A program made the position numbers and the translations under genes. From a virus (lineage: Duplodnaviria; Heunggongvirae; Uroviricota; Caudoviricetes): a stretch of DNA of 34,570 nt. The stretch lies in IMG/VR virus record IMGVR_UViG_2554235190_000007. One strand, 5' to 3'. Shown here in pieces: positions 27,406 to 34,570 of the stretch (position 1 is its first letter; each line of letters starts with the position of its first letter). The notes beneath the pieces are model-generated. The model saw only the letters and a program-made list of their open reading frames with translations. It did not search any database and was not told where the DNA came from.

Positions 27406-28080
27406 ATGAAAACAATCCATGACATCCGGCGGTCTAACGCCAGAAAACTGAGAGATGGTGTTGGCGGGAATTCTTCCTTTGCCACTATGATTGATCGCGA
27501 GCCAACCCAGACCAGCAGGTTTATGGGAGATGGTGCTACTAAAAATATCGGTGACAGCATGGCACGACACATCGAAAAATGTTTCGACCTGCCTGTCGGA
27601 TGGCTCGATCAAGAACACCAGACAACGAACATCACAAAAAAACCTGATGTTTCAATCACTAATAAACAAATCACATTAGTCCCTGTCATATCATGGGTAC
27701 AGGCCGGAGCATGGAAAGAAGTTGGATATTCTGAGGTTGATTTGAGCACAGCAGAAACGTATCCCTGCCCTGTCCCCTGTGGGGAAATGACTTATATCTT
27801 GCGGGTGATAGGTGATTCAATGATTGATGAGTACCGCCCGGGAGACATGATTTTTGTCGATCCTGAAGTACCTGCCTGCCACGGTGACGACGTTATTGCA
27901 TTGATGCACGATACAGGTGAAACCACCTTCAAAAGGTTGATAGAAGATGGGACACAGCGTTATCTCAAAGCGTTAAACCCAAACTGGCCTGAGCCTTACA
28001 TTAAGATCAACGGTAATTGCTCTATAATTGGTACAGTGATTTTCTCAGGAAAACCAAGAAGATACAAAATCAAAGCCTAA
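27406..28080 (+). CDS. cI: CI-type prophage repressor (HTH plus S24 LexA-like peptidase domain)
   Basis: 224 aa; N-terminal HTH, Ala-Gly autocleavage site (WVQAGAWKE), Ser/Lys dyad context (VIGDSM ... TTFKRL); divergent from cro across the operator region; ATG start with no Shine-Dalgarno. Confidence 0.85.
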   Translation: MKTIHDIRRSNARKLRDGVGGNSSFATMIDREPTQTSRFMGDGATKNIGDSMARHIEKCFDLPVGWLDQEHQTTNITKKPDVSITNKQITLVPVISWVQAGAWKEVGYSEVDLSTAETYPCPVPCGEMTYILRVIGDSMIDEYRPGDMIFVDPEVPACHGDDVIALMHDTGETTFKRLIEDGTQRYLKALNPNWPEPYIKINGNCSIIGTVIFSGKPRRYKIKA

Positions 28081-28092
28081 TCAATGTTTATG

Positions 28093-28115
28093 AACCTGCT
28101 TCGGCAGGTTTTTTT
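28093..28115 (+). terminator. rho-independent terminator after cI
   Basis: AACCTGC-(4 nt)-GCAGGTT followed by TTTTT, starting 13 nt after the cI stop. Confidence 0.5.
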
Positions 28116-28119
28116 ATAC

Positions 28120-28152
28120 TTGACAATGTACCTTTGAGATACATAATGTACC
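28120..28152 (+). promoter_or_regulatory. pL-like promoter overlapped by repressor operator half-sites
   Basis: TTGACA - 16 nt - CATAAT on the plus strand, with ATGTACC repeated between -35 and -10 and again over the start region (ATGTACCTTTGAGATACAT resembles the right-operator sites). Confidence 0.45.
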
Positions 28153-28569
28153 CAAGAGAAACAACAAACAGGCAGGACGTCCACGAAGTAGCCGCCTGGG
28201 GCATATGAAGTCCAAGATGATTCGTTAGCAACAAAACGCCCATAGGACGCTTCGCTCTTTAACAATTTGAATATTTTCAGCGTCAATGATCTGTTTAGCT
28301 CCCTACAAGTAAATGTAGCGTAGCACCATGATAAATCCTGCTAGTGTTTAGTTAAAAATCGCGCGAGAGCAAGAACGACGTGAGGGCAGGCAATATTGAT
28401 AGTGTTATTGCTATTAGTTTATCAAAAATATTTAGACGACCCAGATGAATATTTTTAATACATACTCCCCCTAATTTAACAGGAGTAAATGTTGATGAAT
28501 AACGAGACATCTATACTCAACAATTGTATGATATGAACAATTATATAACATAATGTAGGAAAAATAAAA

Positions 28570-29166
28570 ATGGATTGGCATGACCTTATATCAAAGGTAA
28601 TTATCGGACTTGTTACAGGCTCAATCGCAGCTTACTTAACTGCGCGATATGCACTCGGCCGTTATTATAAAGAAAAATGGTGGGACAAAAGAATAGATTT
28701 GTATACGCAATTAGTTGACTGTGTTTATCTTCTAAAAAACACAGCTGACTATTGGTATAAACATGAGTTACATCACGCTTCACAATTCCCAACCTACTTT
28801 AGTTACAAATCAAAAGAAGAAAATGAAATCCTTAGCAAATCTTTCTCTAATGAGCTTGAAAAACTCAGTAGAATAGGTGAGCTATCTTCATTATTCTTAA
28901 CAGAAGAGTGTGGGGATAAAATCCGTTCATTCATTGAAAATGAAGAAAATCTATTTATACAATGGGAGTTTGATAGTATAGAGTTGATAGATGCCCACAA
29001 GTCAAGACTTGATAAATTAAAAGTATTACTAGACGATATTATCTCTGAAGCAAAGAGAGAGCTTAAGGTCAATAAAAAACATAACAGCCTAAAGAATATA
29101 AAGTGGTCCATAACTATGCCAGACCAAAAAAATGATGAGCCAATTAATTATTACGACAATCATTAA
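28570..29166 (+). CDS. hypothetical membrane-anchored protein (198 aa), AT-rich cassette downstream of cI
   Basis: ATG with AGGA upstream; one N-terminal TM helix (ISKVIIGLVTGSIAAYLTARYAL), W/Y-rich juxtamembrane segment (YYKEKWWDKRIDLY...DYWYKHELHH) and K/E-rich helical C-terminal domain; very AT-rich; clean terminator follows. No family recognised. Confidence 0.65.
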   Translation: MDWHDLISKVIIGLVTGSIAAYLTARYALGRYYKEKWWDKRIDLYTQLVDCVYLLKNTADYWYKHELHHASQFPTYFSYKSKEENEILSKSFSNELEKLSRIGELSSLFLTEECGDKIRSFIENEENLFIQWEFDSIELIDAHKSRLDKLKVLLDDIISEAKRELKVNKKHNSLKNIKWSITMPDQKNDEPINYYDNH

Positions 29167-29176
29167 AACACTTTAG

Positions 29177-29198
29177 AACCCGCTGGGCGGGTTTTATT
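29177..29198 (+). terminator. rho-independent terminator after ORF 28570..29166
   Basis: AACCCGC-(3 nt)-GCGGGTT followed by TTTATT, 11 nt after the stop codon. Confidence 0.6.
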
Positions 29199-29588
29199 CA
29201 AATATACTTTGCACATCACAAATAAAACTATAACGTCCTTCTTCTTTTCCTAATATCTTATATCTACTTATTTATAAGCGGCTTACAGATCTTCAACAGA
29301 TAAACCTAATGAAGGCGACAATGTTCTGATGAATAGCCACCTTTTTACTCAACTGAAAGCGCGTTCTGTCCCTTGTCATTAAGTGCCAGTTCGTTAAGTC
29401 CAAAACCTCCGGAACGCGCTTTCAATTGAGTGGGGAAAATAACTGGCGATGGCAGCCGCCCGTTGCACTAAGTGCCTCTGGATGGGGCATTTACTGAAAC
29501 GAAACCAAAACTTTTAATCGCCTTATGGCGAGGGATTCGTGCAACCAAAAATCGTGCGGTGCAGCGCACCAATTAAGGAGAACTAACG

Positions 29589-30125
29589 ATGAGTTTTATC
29601 CAGACTCTTACCGGTAAGAAGTTCAATTATATCAACTCCACCATTGACGATATTTATATCGAGGATATCGCCGGTGCGCTTTCAAATATCTGCCGCTTCG
29701 CGGGACACTTGCCGGATTTTTACAGCGTGGCGCAGCATTCCGTTCTGTGCAGTCAACTTGTGGCGCCAGAGTTCGCCTTTGAAGCGTTAATGCATGATGC
29801 AACAGAAGCGTATTGTCAGGACATCCCCGCGCAACTGAAACGCCTTCTTCCTGACTATAAACGGATGGAAGAAAAAATAGACGCCGTAATCCGTGAGAAA
29901 TACGGGTTACCCCCGGTTATGAGCACGCCCGTGAAATATGCCGATCTCATCATGCTGGCAACCGAACGCCGCGATCTCGGGCTTGATGATGGCTCTTTCT
30001 GGCCTCTACTGGAAGGTATCCCAGCAACAGAGATGTTCAAAGTTATTCCACTGTCGCCAGGCCATGCCTACGGGATGTTTATGGAACGTTTTAACGAGTT
30101 ATCGGAGTTACGCAAATGCGCATGA
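29589..30125 (+). CDS. HD-domain phosphohydrolase (YfdR-like)
   Basis: 178 aa with HD motif (FEALMHDATEAY) and upstream His (FAGHLPDFYSVAQHS); strong Shine-Dalgarno AAGGAG; first gene of the early-left operon. Confidence 0.75.
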   Translation: MSFIQTLTGKKFNYINSTIDDIYIEDIAGALSNICRFAGHLPDFYSVAQHSVLCSQLVAPEFAFEALMHDATEAYCQDIPAQLKRLLPDYKRMEEKIDAVIREKYGLPPVMSTPVKYADLIMLATERRDLGLDDGSFWPLLEGIPATEMFKVIPLSPGHAYGMFMERFNELSELRKCA

Positions 30126-30478
30126 ATGTTTTCGAAATGGAAGGGTTTCTTCGCGGGAAATGTGTACCGCGAGATCTGAAAGTGAATGAAACGGATGCTG
30201 AATACCTGGTGCGTAAATTCGATGCGCTTGAAGCTAAATGTGCGGCACTGGAAAACAAAGTAATACCAGTGTCAACTGAACTGCCACCAGCAAATGAAAG
30301 TGTTTTGTTATTCGATGCTAACGGAGAAGGCTGGCTAATTGGCTGGCGTTCTCTCTGGTACACCTGGGGACAAAAAGAAACCGGAGACTGGCAGTGGACA
30401 TTTCAGGTCGGGGACCTTGAAAACGTCAATATCACTCACTGGGCAGTAATGCCAAAAGCACCGGAGGCTGGAGCATAA
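30116..30478 (+). CDS. DUF551-domain protein
   Basis: 120 aa; Trp-rich C-terminal region (GWLIGWRSLWYTWGQKETGDWQWTF...ITHWAVMP) typical of DUF551; start overlaps the HD gene stop. Confidence 0.65.
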   Translation: MRMNVFEMEGFLRGKCVPRDLKVNETDAEYLVRKFDALEAKCAALENKVIPVSTELPPANESVLLFDANGEGWLIGWRSLWYTWGQKETGDWQWTFQVGDLENVNITHWAVMPKAPEAGA

Positions 30479-30783
30479 TGACCACTTTTACCGACAAAGA
30501 ACTGATTAAAGAAATCAAAGAGCGTATCAGCAGCCTTGACGTGCGAGACGATATTGAGCGCCGTGCTTATGAAATCGCACTCCTATCTCTGGAAGTAGAG
30601 CCAGATGAACGCGAATCCTATGAATTATTTATGGAAAAACGTTTCGGTGGCTTAGTAGATAGTCGGAGAGCAAAAAACGGCGATAACGAATACATGGCAT
30701 GGGATATGACTCTCGGTTGGATCGTCTGGCAACAACGAGCTGGCATTCATTTTTCAACAATATCACAGCAAGAGGTGAAATAA
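30478..30783 (+). CDS. hypothetical protein (101 aa), early-left operon
   Basis: ATG overlapping the upstream stop; no family recognised. Confidence 0.5.
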   Translation: MTTFTDKELIKEIKERISSLDVRDDIERRAYEIALLSLEVEPDERESYELFMEKRFGGLVDSRRAKNGDNEYMAWDMTLGWIVWQQRAGIHFSTISQQEVK

Positions 30784-31133
30784 TGGAACCATACAGCCTC
30801 ACGCTAGATGAGGCCTGTCATTTTCTCAAGATATCCAGACCGACTGCCATTAACTGGATACGCACAGGGCGTCTGCAGGCAACACGCAAAGATCCCACTA
30901 AGAATAAATCTCCTTACCTCACAACACGACAAGCCTGCATTGCGGCGCTTCAGTCTCCGCTGCATACTGTCCAGGTGAGCGCGGGTGATGGCATAACAGA
31001 GGAAAGAAAATGTCACTCTTCCGCAGAGGTGAAATATGGTACGCCAGTTTCACATTGCCGAACGGTAAAAGATTTAAACAGTCTCTTGGAACAAAGGACA
31101 AAAGGCAGGCGACAGAACTCCATGACAAGCTAA
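30783..31133 (+). CDS. xis: excisionase-like HTH protein
   Basis: Starts at the ATG overlapping the upstream stop (TAATG) with GAGGTG upstream; [36 protein letters not shown] is a typical excisionase/AlpA-type HTH. The frame stays open to 31133, overlapping the integrase start by about 120 nt, so the 3' end is uncertain. The track ORF 30699..31133 includes an unlikely 5' extension. Confidence 0.55.
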   Translation: MEPYSLTLDEACHFLKISRPTAINWIRTGRLQATRKDPTKNKSPYLTTRQACIAALQSPLHTVQVSAGDGITEERKCHSSAEVKYGTPVSHCRTVKDLNSLLEQRTKGRRQNSMTS

Positions 31134-32173
31134 AGGCTGAAGCATGGCGGGTCAGCAAACTTGGTGAAATTCCTGATATAACGTTCGAGGAAGCGTGTGT
31201 CAGGTGGCTTGAAGAGAAAGCACATAAAAAATCACTGGACGATGACAAAAGCCGGATCGGATTCTGGCTTCAACATTTCGCAGGAATGCAACTAAGAGAC
31301 ATTACTGAATCAAAAATTTATTCAGCAATGCAGAAAATGACGAACCGGCGTCATGAGGAAAACTGGAAACTCAGGGCAGAAGCATGCAGAAAAAAAGGGA
31401 AACCTGTTCCAGAATACACGCCAAAACCAGCGTCCGTTGCAACGAAGGCTACGCATCTTTCATTTATAAAGGCCCTGCTAAGAGCCGCAGAGCGTGAATG
31501 GAAAATGCTGGATAAGGCACCAATTATTAAAGTGCCTCAACCAAAGAATAAACGGATCCGCTGGCTGGAGCCTCATGAAGCACAAAGGCTGATTGATGAA
31601 TGTCCGGAGCCATTAAAGTCTGTTGTTGAATTTGCACTTGCAACAGGCTTAAGACGCTCGAACATCATCAACCTTGAATGACAACAAATAGACATGCAGC
31701 GCCGGGTGGCATGGATAAACCCGGAAGAGAGTAAATCAAACCGCGCAATTGGCGTTGCGCTGAATGATACTGCATGTCGCGTATTGAAAAAACAAATCGG
31801 GAATCATCACCGTTGGGTATTTGTGTATAAGGAAAGCTGTACCAAACCAGACGGAACGAAAGCGCCAACAGTCAGGAAGATGCGGTATGACGCAAACACA
31901 GCCTGGAAAGCGGCGCTGAGACGAGCAGGTATTGATGATTTCAGATTTCACGACTTGAGACACACCTGGGCAAGTTGGCTGGTTCAAGCCGGAGTCCCGT
32001 TATCAGTGTTACAGGAAATGGGAGGCTGGGAGTCTATCGAAATGGTTCGTCGATATGCTCACCTCGCACCTAATCACCTTACCGAACACGCACGGCAAAT
32101 AGACTCGATTCTGAACCCATCGGTCCCAAATTTGTCCCAGTCAAGAAATAAGGAAGGTACTAATGATGTGTAA
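31010..32173 (+). pseudogene. int: tyrosine integrase interrupted by one in-frame stop codon (read as TGA at 31679..31681)
   Basis: Track ORFs 31010..31681 and 31694..32173 are in the same frame. The first carries the N-terminal arm-binding domain and the first catalytic Arg ([13 protein letters not shown]); the second carries the rest of the catalytic domain ([18 protein letters not shown]). The stop falls where family members usually have Trp (LEWQQID), so a single TGG to TGA change is the simplest explanation. Confidence 0.7.
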
Positions 32174-32187
32174 CTTATTGATTTAAA

Positions 32188-32236
32188 TGGTGCCGATAAT
32201 AGGAGTCGAACCTACGACCTTCGCATTACGAATGCG
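32188..32236 (-). other. att core: 3' 49 nt of tRNA-Thr(CGU) (thrW-like), not a complete tRNA
   Basis: Plus strand TGGTGCCGATAATAGGAGTCGAACCTACGACCTTCGCATTACGAATGCG is the reverse complement of a tRNA 3' portion (anticodon loop TTCGTAA with anticodon CGT, T-arm GGTTCGACTCC, acceptor stem, CCA). The upstream 5' half of a tRNA is absent. Lies 15 nt after the integrase stop. Confidence 0.65.
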
Positions 32237-32324
32237 TAAATTGGTCCTGTAAAATCAATACCTATCGAATTTAAATAGATTTTTTGCCACAATATTGCCA
32301 CAGTTCGTTAGGAATCAGACAGAA

Positions 32325-33398
32325 ATGGCGACTATACGCAAACGTGGTAATTACCAATGGGAAGCTCAAATCCGTAAACGTGGTTTTCCCTCTCAAACCA
32401 AAACCTTTAACACCAAAGTAGAAGCAGATGCTTGGGCCAAAATGATCGAGTCAGAAATGGCGAGAGGAGTTTGGCTTAGCCGCAGCGAAGCGGAATCTAC
32501 GACATTGTATGAAGCCCTAACGCGCTATGAAAAAGAGATTGTTCCCGACAAAAAAGGAGCAGTGCAAGACCGATCATTGGTGCGGATACTAAAAGGCACT
32601 CAGCTGGCAAAAAACTATATGGCCAGCATCAGGAGTGCCGATGTCGCCAAGCTAAGAGATGAATGGTTGAAAATTTATGCTCCTGCAACCGTTTTAAGGC
32701 GTTTGGCCTTACTTTCTCATGTATTCAATGTTTCGCGGAAAGAATGGGGCATGGAGAGCCTGCTGAACCCCGTAGAGGCCATTCGCAAACCCCAACCCAA
32801 GAACTCAAGGACCAGACGCCTGGAAGCGCTGCCTTTAGTTTCTGAGCAAACCGGTGTTACGTCAGGAAAGGAATTAGCCAACGAGATCGAACATATCATT
32901 GCCGCAACACATTCATTAGTATTGCCAGCAATCATTCTTCTGGCGTTAGAGACAGCCATGCGCCGTAGCGAAATTGCAGAACTTCGATGGCGCTTTATCG
33001 ATCTTGATAGGCGAGTTGCACACCTGCCGGATACTAAGAATGGTAATGCTCGCGATGTCCCCTTATCCACAAAGGCTGTTATGGTACTATCCAATCTAAA
33101 GGAGCGTTCTAAACAAGCTGATGACAAGGTTTTTGGAATGCGTGCCGATGCGATCACCCGCGCTTTTGATCGAGCTGTAAAGCGCGCCAGAGAAAGATAT
33201 GAACAAGCTAAACCTCAATGTGATGACACCTTCCTCAAAGATTTAAGATTTCACGATCTCCGGCATGAAGCGACCTCTCGCTTGGCTGAGATTTTCCCCA
33301 TGCACGAGCTGACAAAAATCACGGGGCATAAAGACCCGAGAATGCTAATGCGGTATTATCATCCAAAAGCTGAGGATTTAGCGTTAAAGTTGAAATAA
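32325..33398 (+). CDS. tyrosine integrase of a second, adjacent integrative element
   Basis: Arm-type N-terminus (MATIRKRGNYQWEAQIRKRGFPSQTKTFNTKVEADAWAKMIE) and catalytic motifs (RRSEIAELRW, FHDLRHEATS, LMRYYHP). Track ORF starts at TTG 32295; the ATG at about 32325 is the more likely start. Begins about 90 nt after the att fragment and points away from it. Confidence 0.8.
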   Translation: MATIRKRGNYQWEAQIRKRGFPSQTKTFNTKVEADAWAKMIESEMARGVWLSRSEAESTTLYEALTRYEKEIVPDKKGAVQDRSLVRILKGTQLAKNYMASIRSADVAKLRDEWLKIYAPATVLRRLALLSHVFNVSRKEWGMESLLNPVEAIRKPQPKNSRTRRLEALPLVSEQTGVTSGKELANEIEHIIAATHSLVLPAIILLALETAMRRSEIAELRWRFIDLDRRVAHLPDTKNGNARDVPLSTKAVMVLSNLKERSKQADDKVFGMRADAITRAFDRAVKRARERYEQAKPQCDDTFLKDLRFHDLRHEATSRLAEIFPMHELTKITGHKDPRMLMRYYHPKAEDLALKLK

Positions 33399-33408
33399 AG
33401 GATATCTT

Positions 33409-34356
33409 ATGCGTTACATTAGAAAACACATTGCAAATTTTGATTTCAATATTGTATCCATTACATATTTGCTGATTGCTTGCATTGTAATCATGAAGTT
33501 CCCATTATTACTTCAAGATAAAACCTTCTTGGTTTGTGGGTTATTCCTCTCGGTAGCATTCATTTTTTGTGCCTATAACAACAAAAAAACAATCGTCAAT
33601 AAAATGATTGAGCACAGCATCATTAAATGGATTGGAACTGTATTGATTTTTTCAAGTTGTATGTGGTATGCAAAACATAAAATTAATTTTGATTACGATA
33701 TTCAACCGGAATACTTAATATACTCATCTTATGGTTATGCTTTCGCAATGGCCATTCCTCTATCTCTATCCATTTATGGCCTTAGCATTTTCATATACTT
33801 ATACCTTGGAAGAATTACTGCTTATCAATGCTTTTACGCGGCAATTTTGACCATCCCTTTTTCTGCAATGCTAAGAGAGACGATTGAAAAAAACCAAGAG
33901 GTTGATTTCAAAGTTATTATGTTGTTAGTTTTCGGGTTAGCTTTCGGTATCATAACCATGTTCAAAGCAATGCCAAAAACAAATAAAGAATCAACTTCAC
34001 CCAATAAAAAGAATCTATTATACATTGCAAAAACAATGGCACAAGATATTAATAGAGCAAAACTAATTTTAATGATATGGTTTAAAAAAATACTTATATG
34101 TTCGAATAGCTACTTAAGAGTTGCAGATCTATTATCGACAGCAATTGCATTATTATTCATTGGTGTTTTTTCAATAAAGATAATACCAGAGTATCAGAAG
34201 TCTTTTCTTTTACTTGATGCTTTTTCCAAGACAGATTGCAATACAAAAAAAGATTCATTTTCATACATCAGGAAATCGAAAAACGAATGCTACAGAATTA
34301 ATTCTAAAGGAATAGAAATTATCGAAATGATATCATTTACCTCATCAGCTGACTAA
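33409..34356 (+). CDS. hypothetical polytopic inner-membrane protein (315 aa, about 7-8 TM helices)
   Basis: ATG 10 nt after the integrase stop with AAGGA upstream; extremely AT-rich; multiple hydrophobic segments (e.g. IVSITYLLIACIVIM, FLVCGLFLSVAFIFCAY, YAFAMAIPLSLSIYGLSIFIYLYLG, VIMLLVFGLAFGIITMF, LLSTAIALLFIGVFSIKII); no family recognised. Confidence 0.6.
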   Translation: MRYIRKHIANFDFNIVSITYLLIACIVIMKFPLLLQDKTFLVCGLFLSVAFIFCAYNNKKTIVNKMIEHSIIKWIGTVLIFSSCMWYAKHKINFDYDIQPEYLIYSSYGYAFAMAIPLSLSIYGLSIFIYLYLGRITAYQCFYAAILTIPFSAMLRETIEKNQEVDFKVIMLLVFGLAFGIITMFKAMPKTNKESTSPNKKNLLYIAKTMAQDINRAKLILMIWFKKILICSNSYLRVADLLSTAIALLFIGVFSIKIIPEYQKSFLLLDAFSKTDCNTKKDSFSYIRKSKNECYRINSKGIEIIEMISFTSSAD

Positions 34357-34369
34357 AACATAGGTAGTA

Positions 34370-34570
34370 ATGAAAATGGATGAGACCACAAAGAGAAAAA
34401 GGATTGAGGCATTTAGGAAAGCAGAGGCTAGCTTATATTTATCAGGTAAAGATCCTCGCGGATCAGAATTTTACCAGAAAATAAAGGATGAAATTATAAA
34501 AGGTAAGCTAACTTATGAAGAGGCAAAAGCAGAGATTTTAAATCACCATATAGAGAAATCGAAAAAATAA
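34370..34570 (+). CDS. hypothetical small helical protein (66 aa), weak resemblance to VbhA/YhfG-type Fic antitoxins
   Basis: Complete ORF ending at the window edge, MKMDETTKRKRIEAFRKAEASLYLSGKDPRGSEFYQKIKDEIIKGKLTYEEAKAEILNHH. The AEASLYLSG segment resembles the SxxxEG inhibitory motif of class I Fic antitoxins, but with Ser in place of the Glu. Confidence 0.35.
   Translation: MKMDETTKRKRIEAFRKAEASLYLSGKDPRGSEFYQKIKDEIIKGKLTYEEAKAEILNHHIEKSKK

Noticed and set aside
27316-27618. 5' extension of the cro ORF (track ORF 27115..27618, 167 aa)
   Set aside because: The extension runs through the operator region and antisense into cI; only the last 66 codons, from the ATG at 27315 with a GGAGG ribosome binding site, look like a Cro/YdaS-type protein.
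28017-28286. Track ORFs 28017..28208 (+) and 28077..28286 (-) downstream of cI
   Set aside because: They overlap the cI 3' end, the cI terminator and the operator-overlapped promoter; no ribosome binding sites; the region is better explained as regulatory DNA.
29355-29600. Retron-like a1/a2 inverted repeats
   Set aside because: The repeat spacing (45 nt) is far too short for an msr/msd unit and no reverse transcriptase gene follows; the downstream gene is an HD-domain hydrolase.
30699-30782. N-terminal 28 codons of track ORF 30699..31133
   Set aside because: This part overlaps the preceding gene out of frame and precedes the obvious excisionase start (ATG at 30783 with GAGGTG and a TAATG junction).
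32188-32262. A complete tRNA-Thr gene
   Set aside because: Only the 3' 49 nt match a tRNA; the sequence where the D-arm and 5' acceptor strand should be is unrelated, so this is an att-site fragment.

Overview
The window is almost entirely one temperate prophage (about positions 1-32240) with lambda-like regulation, an HK97-type head and a Mu-type contractile tail. It ends at a 49-bp tRNA-Thr 3' fragment (att core), after which a second integrase-led element begins. Nearly all virion, lysis, late-control and replication genes are on the minus strand. In gene order they are: tail fibre (5' end only), Mu-like baseplate and DNA circulation protein, tape measure, frameshifted tail chaperone, tube, sheath, head-tail joining genes, HK97-family capsid, prohead protease, portal, terminase large and small subunits, HNH endonuclease, Rz/Rz1, lambda-R-like endolysin, holin, antiterminator Q, a nin-like block (DUF968, KilA-N, RusA, LexA-N-domain protein, Dam methylase), a replication initiator with internal 15-bp repeats, a CII-like gene and cro. 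On the plus strand are cI, an AT-rich membrane-protein cassette, and an early-left operon (HD hydrolase, DUF551, excisionase, integrase). The integrase carries an in-frame stop codon. Several visibly AT-rich single-gene inserts with their own terminators sit at classic accessory-gene positions (after cI, between Q and holin, inside the tail operon, between Rz and HNH); the one after cI is the strongest candidate for an undescribed defence or exclusion function. All family assignments are from reading the translations against remembered family signatures; no database search or composition statistic was run. ORF starts follow the supplied track, which includes GTG/TTG starts, so true starts may be internal. 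Coordinates of short motifs (promoters, terminators, operators, repeats) were hand-indexed and should be treated as accurate to within a few bases.
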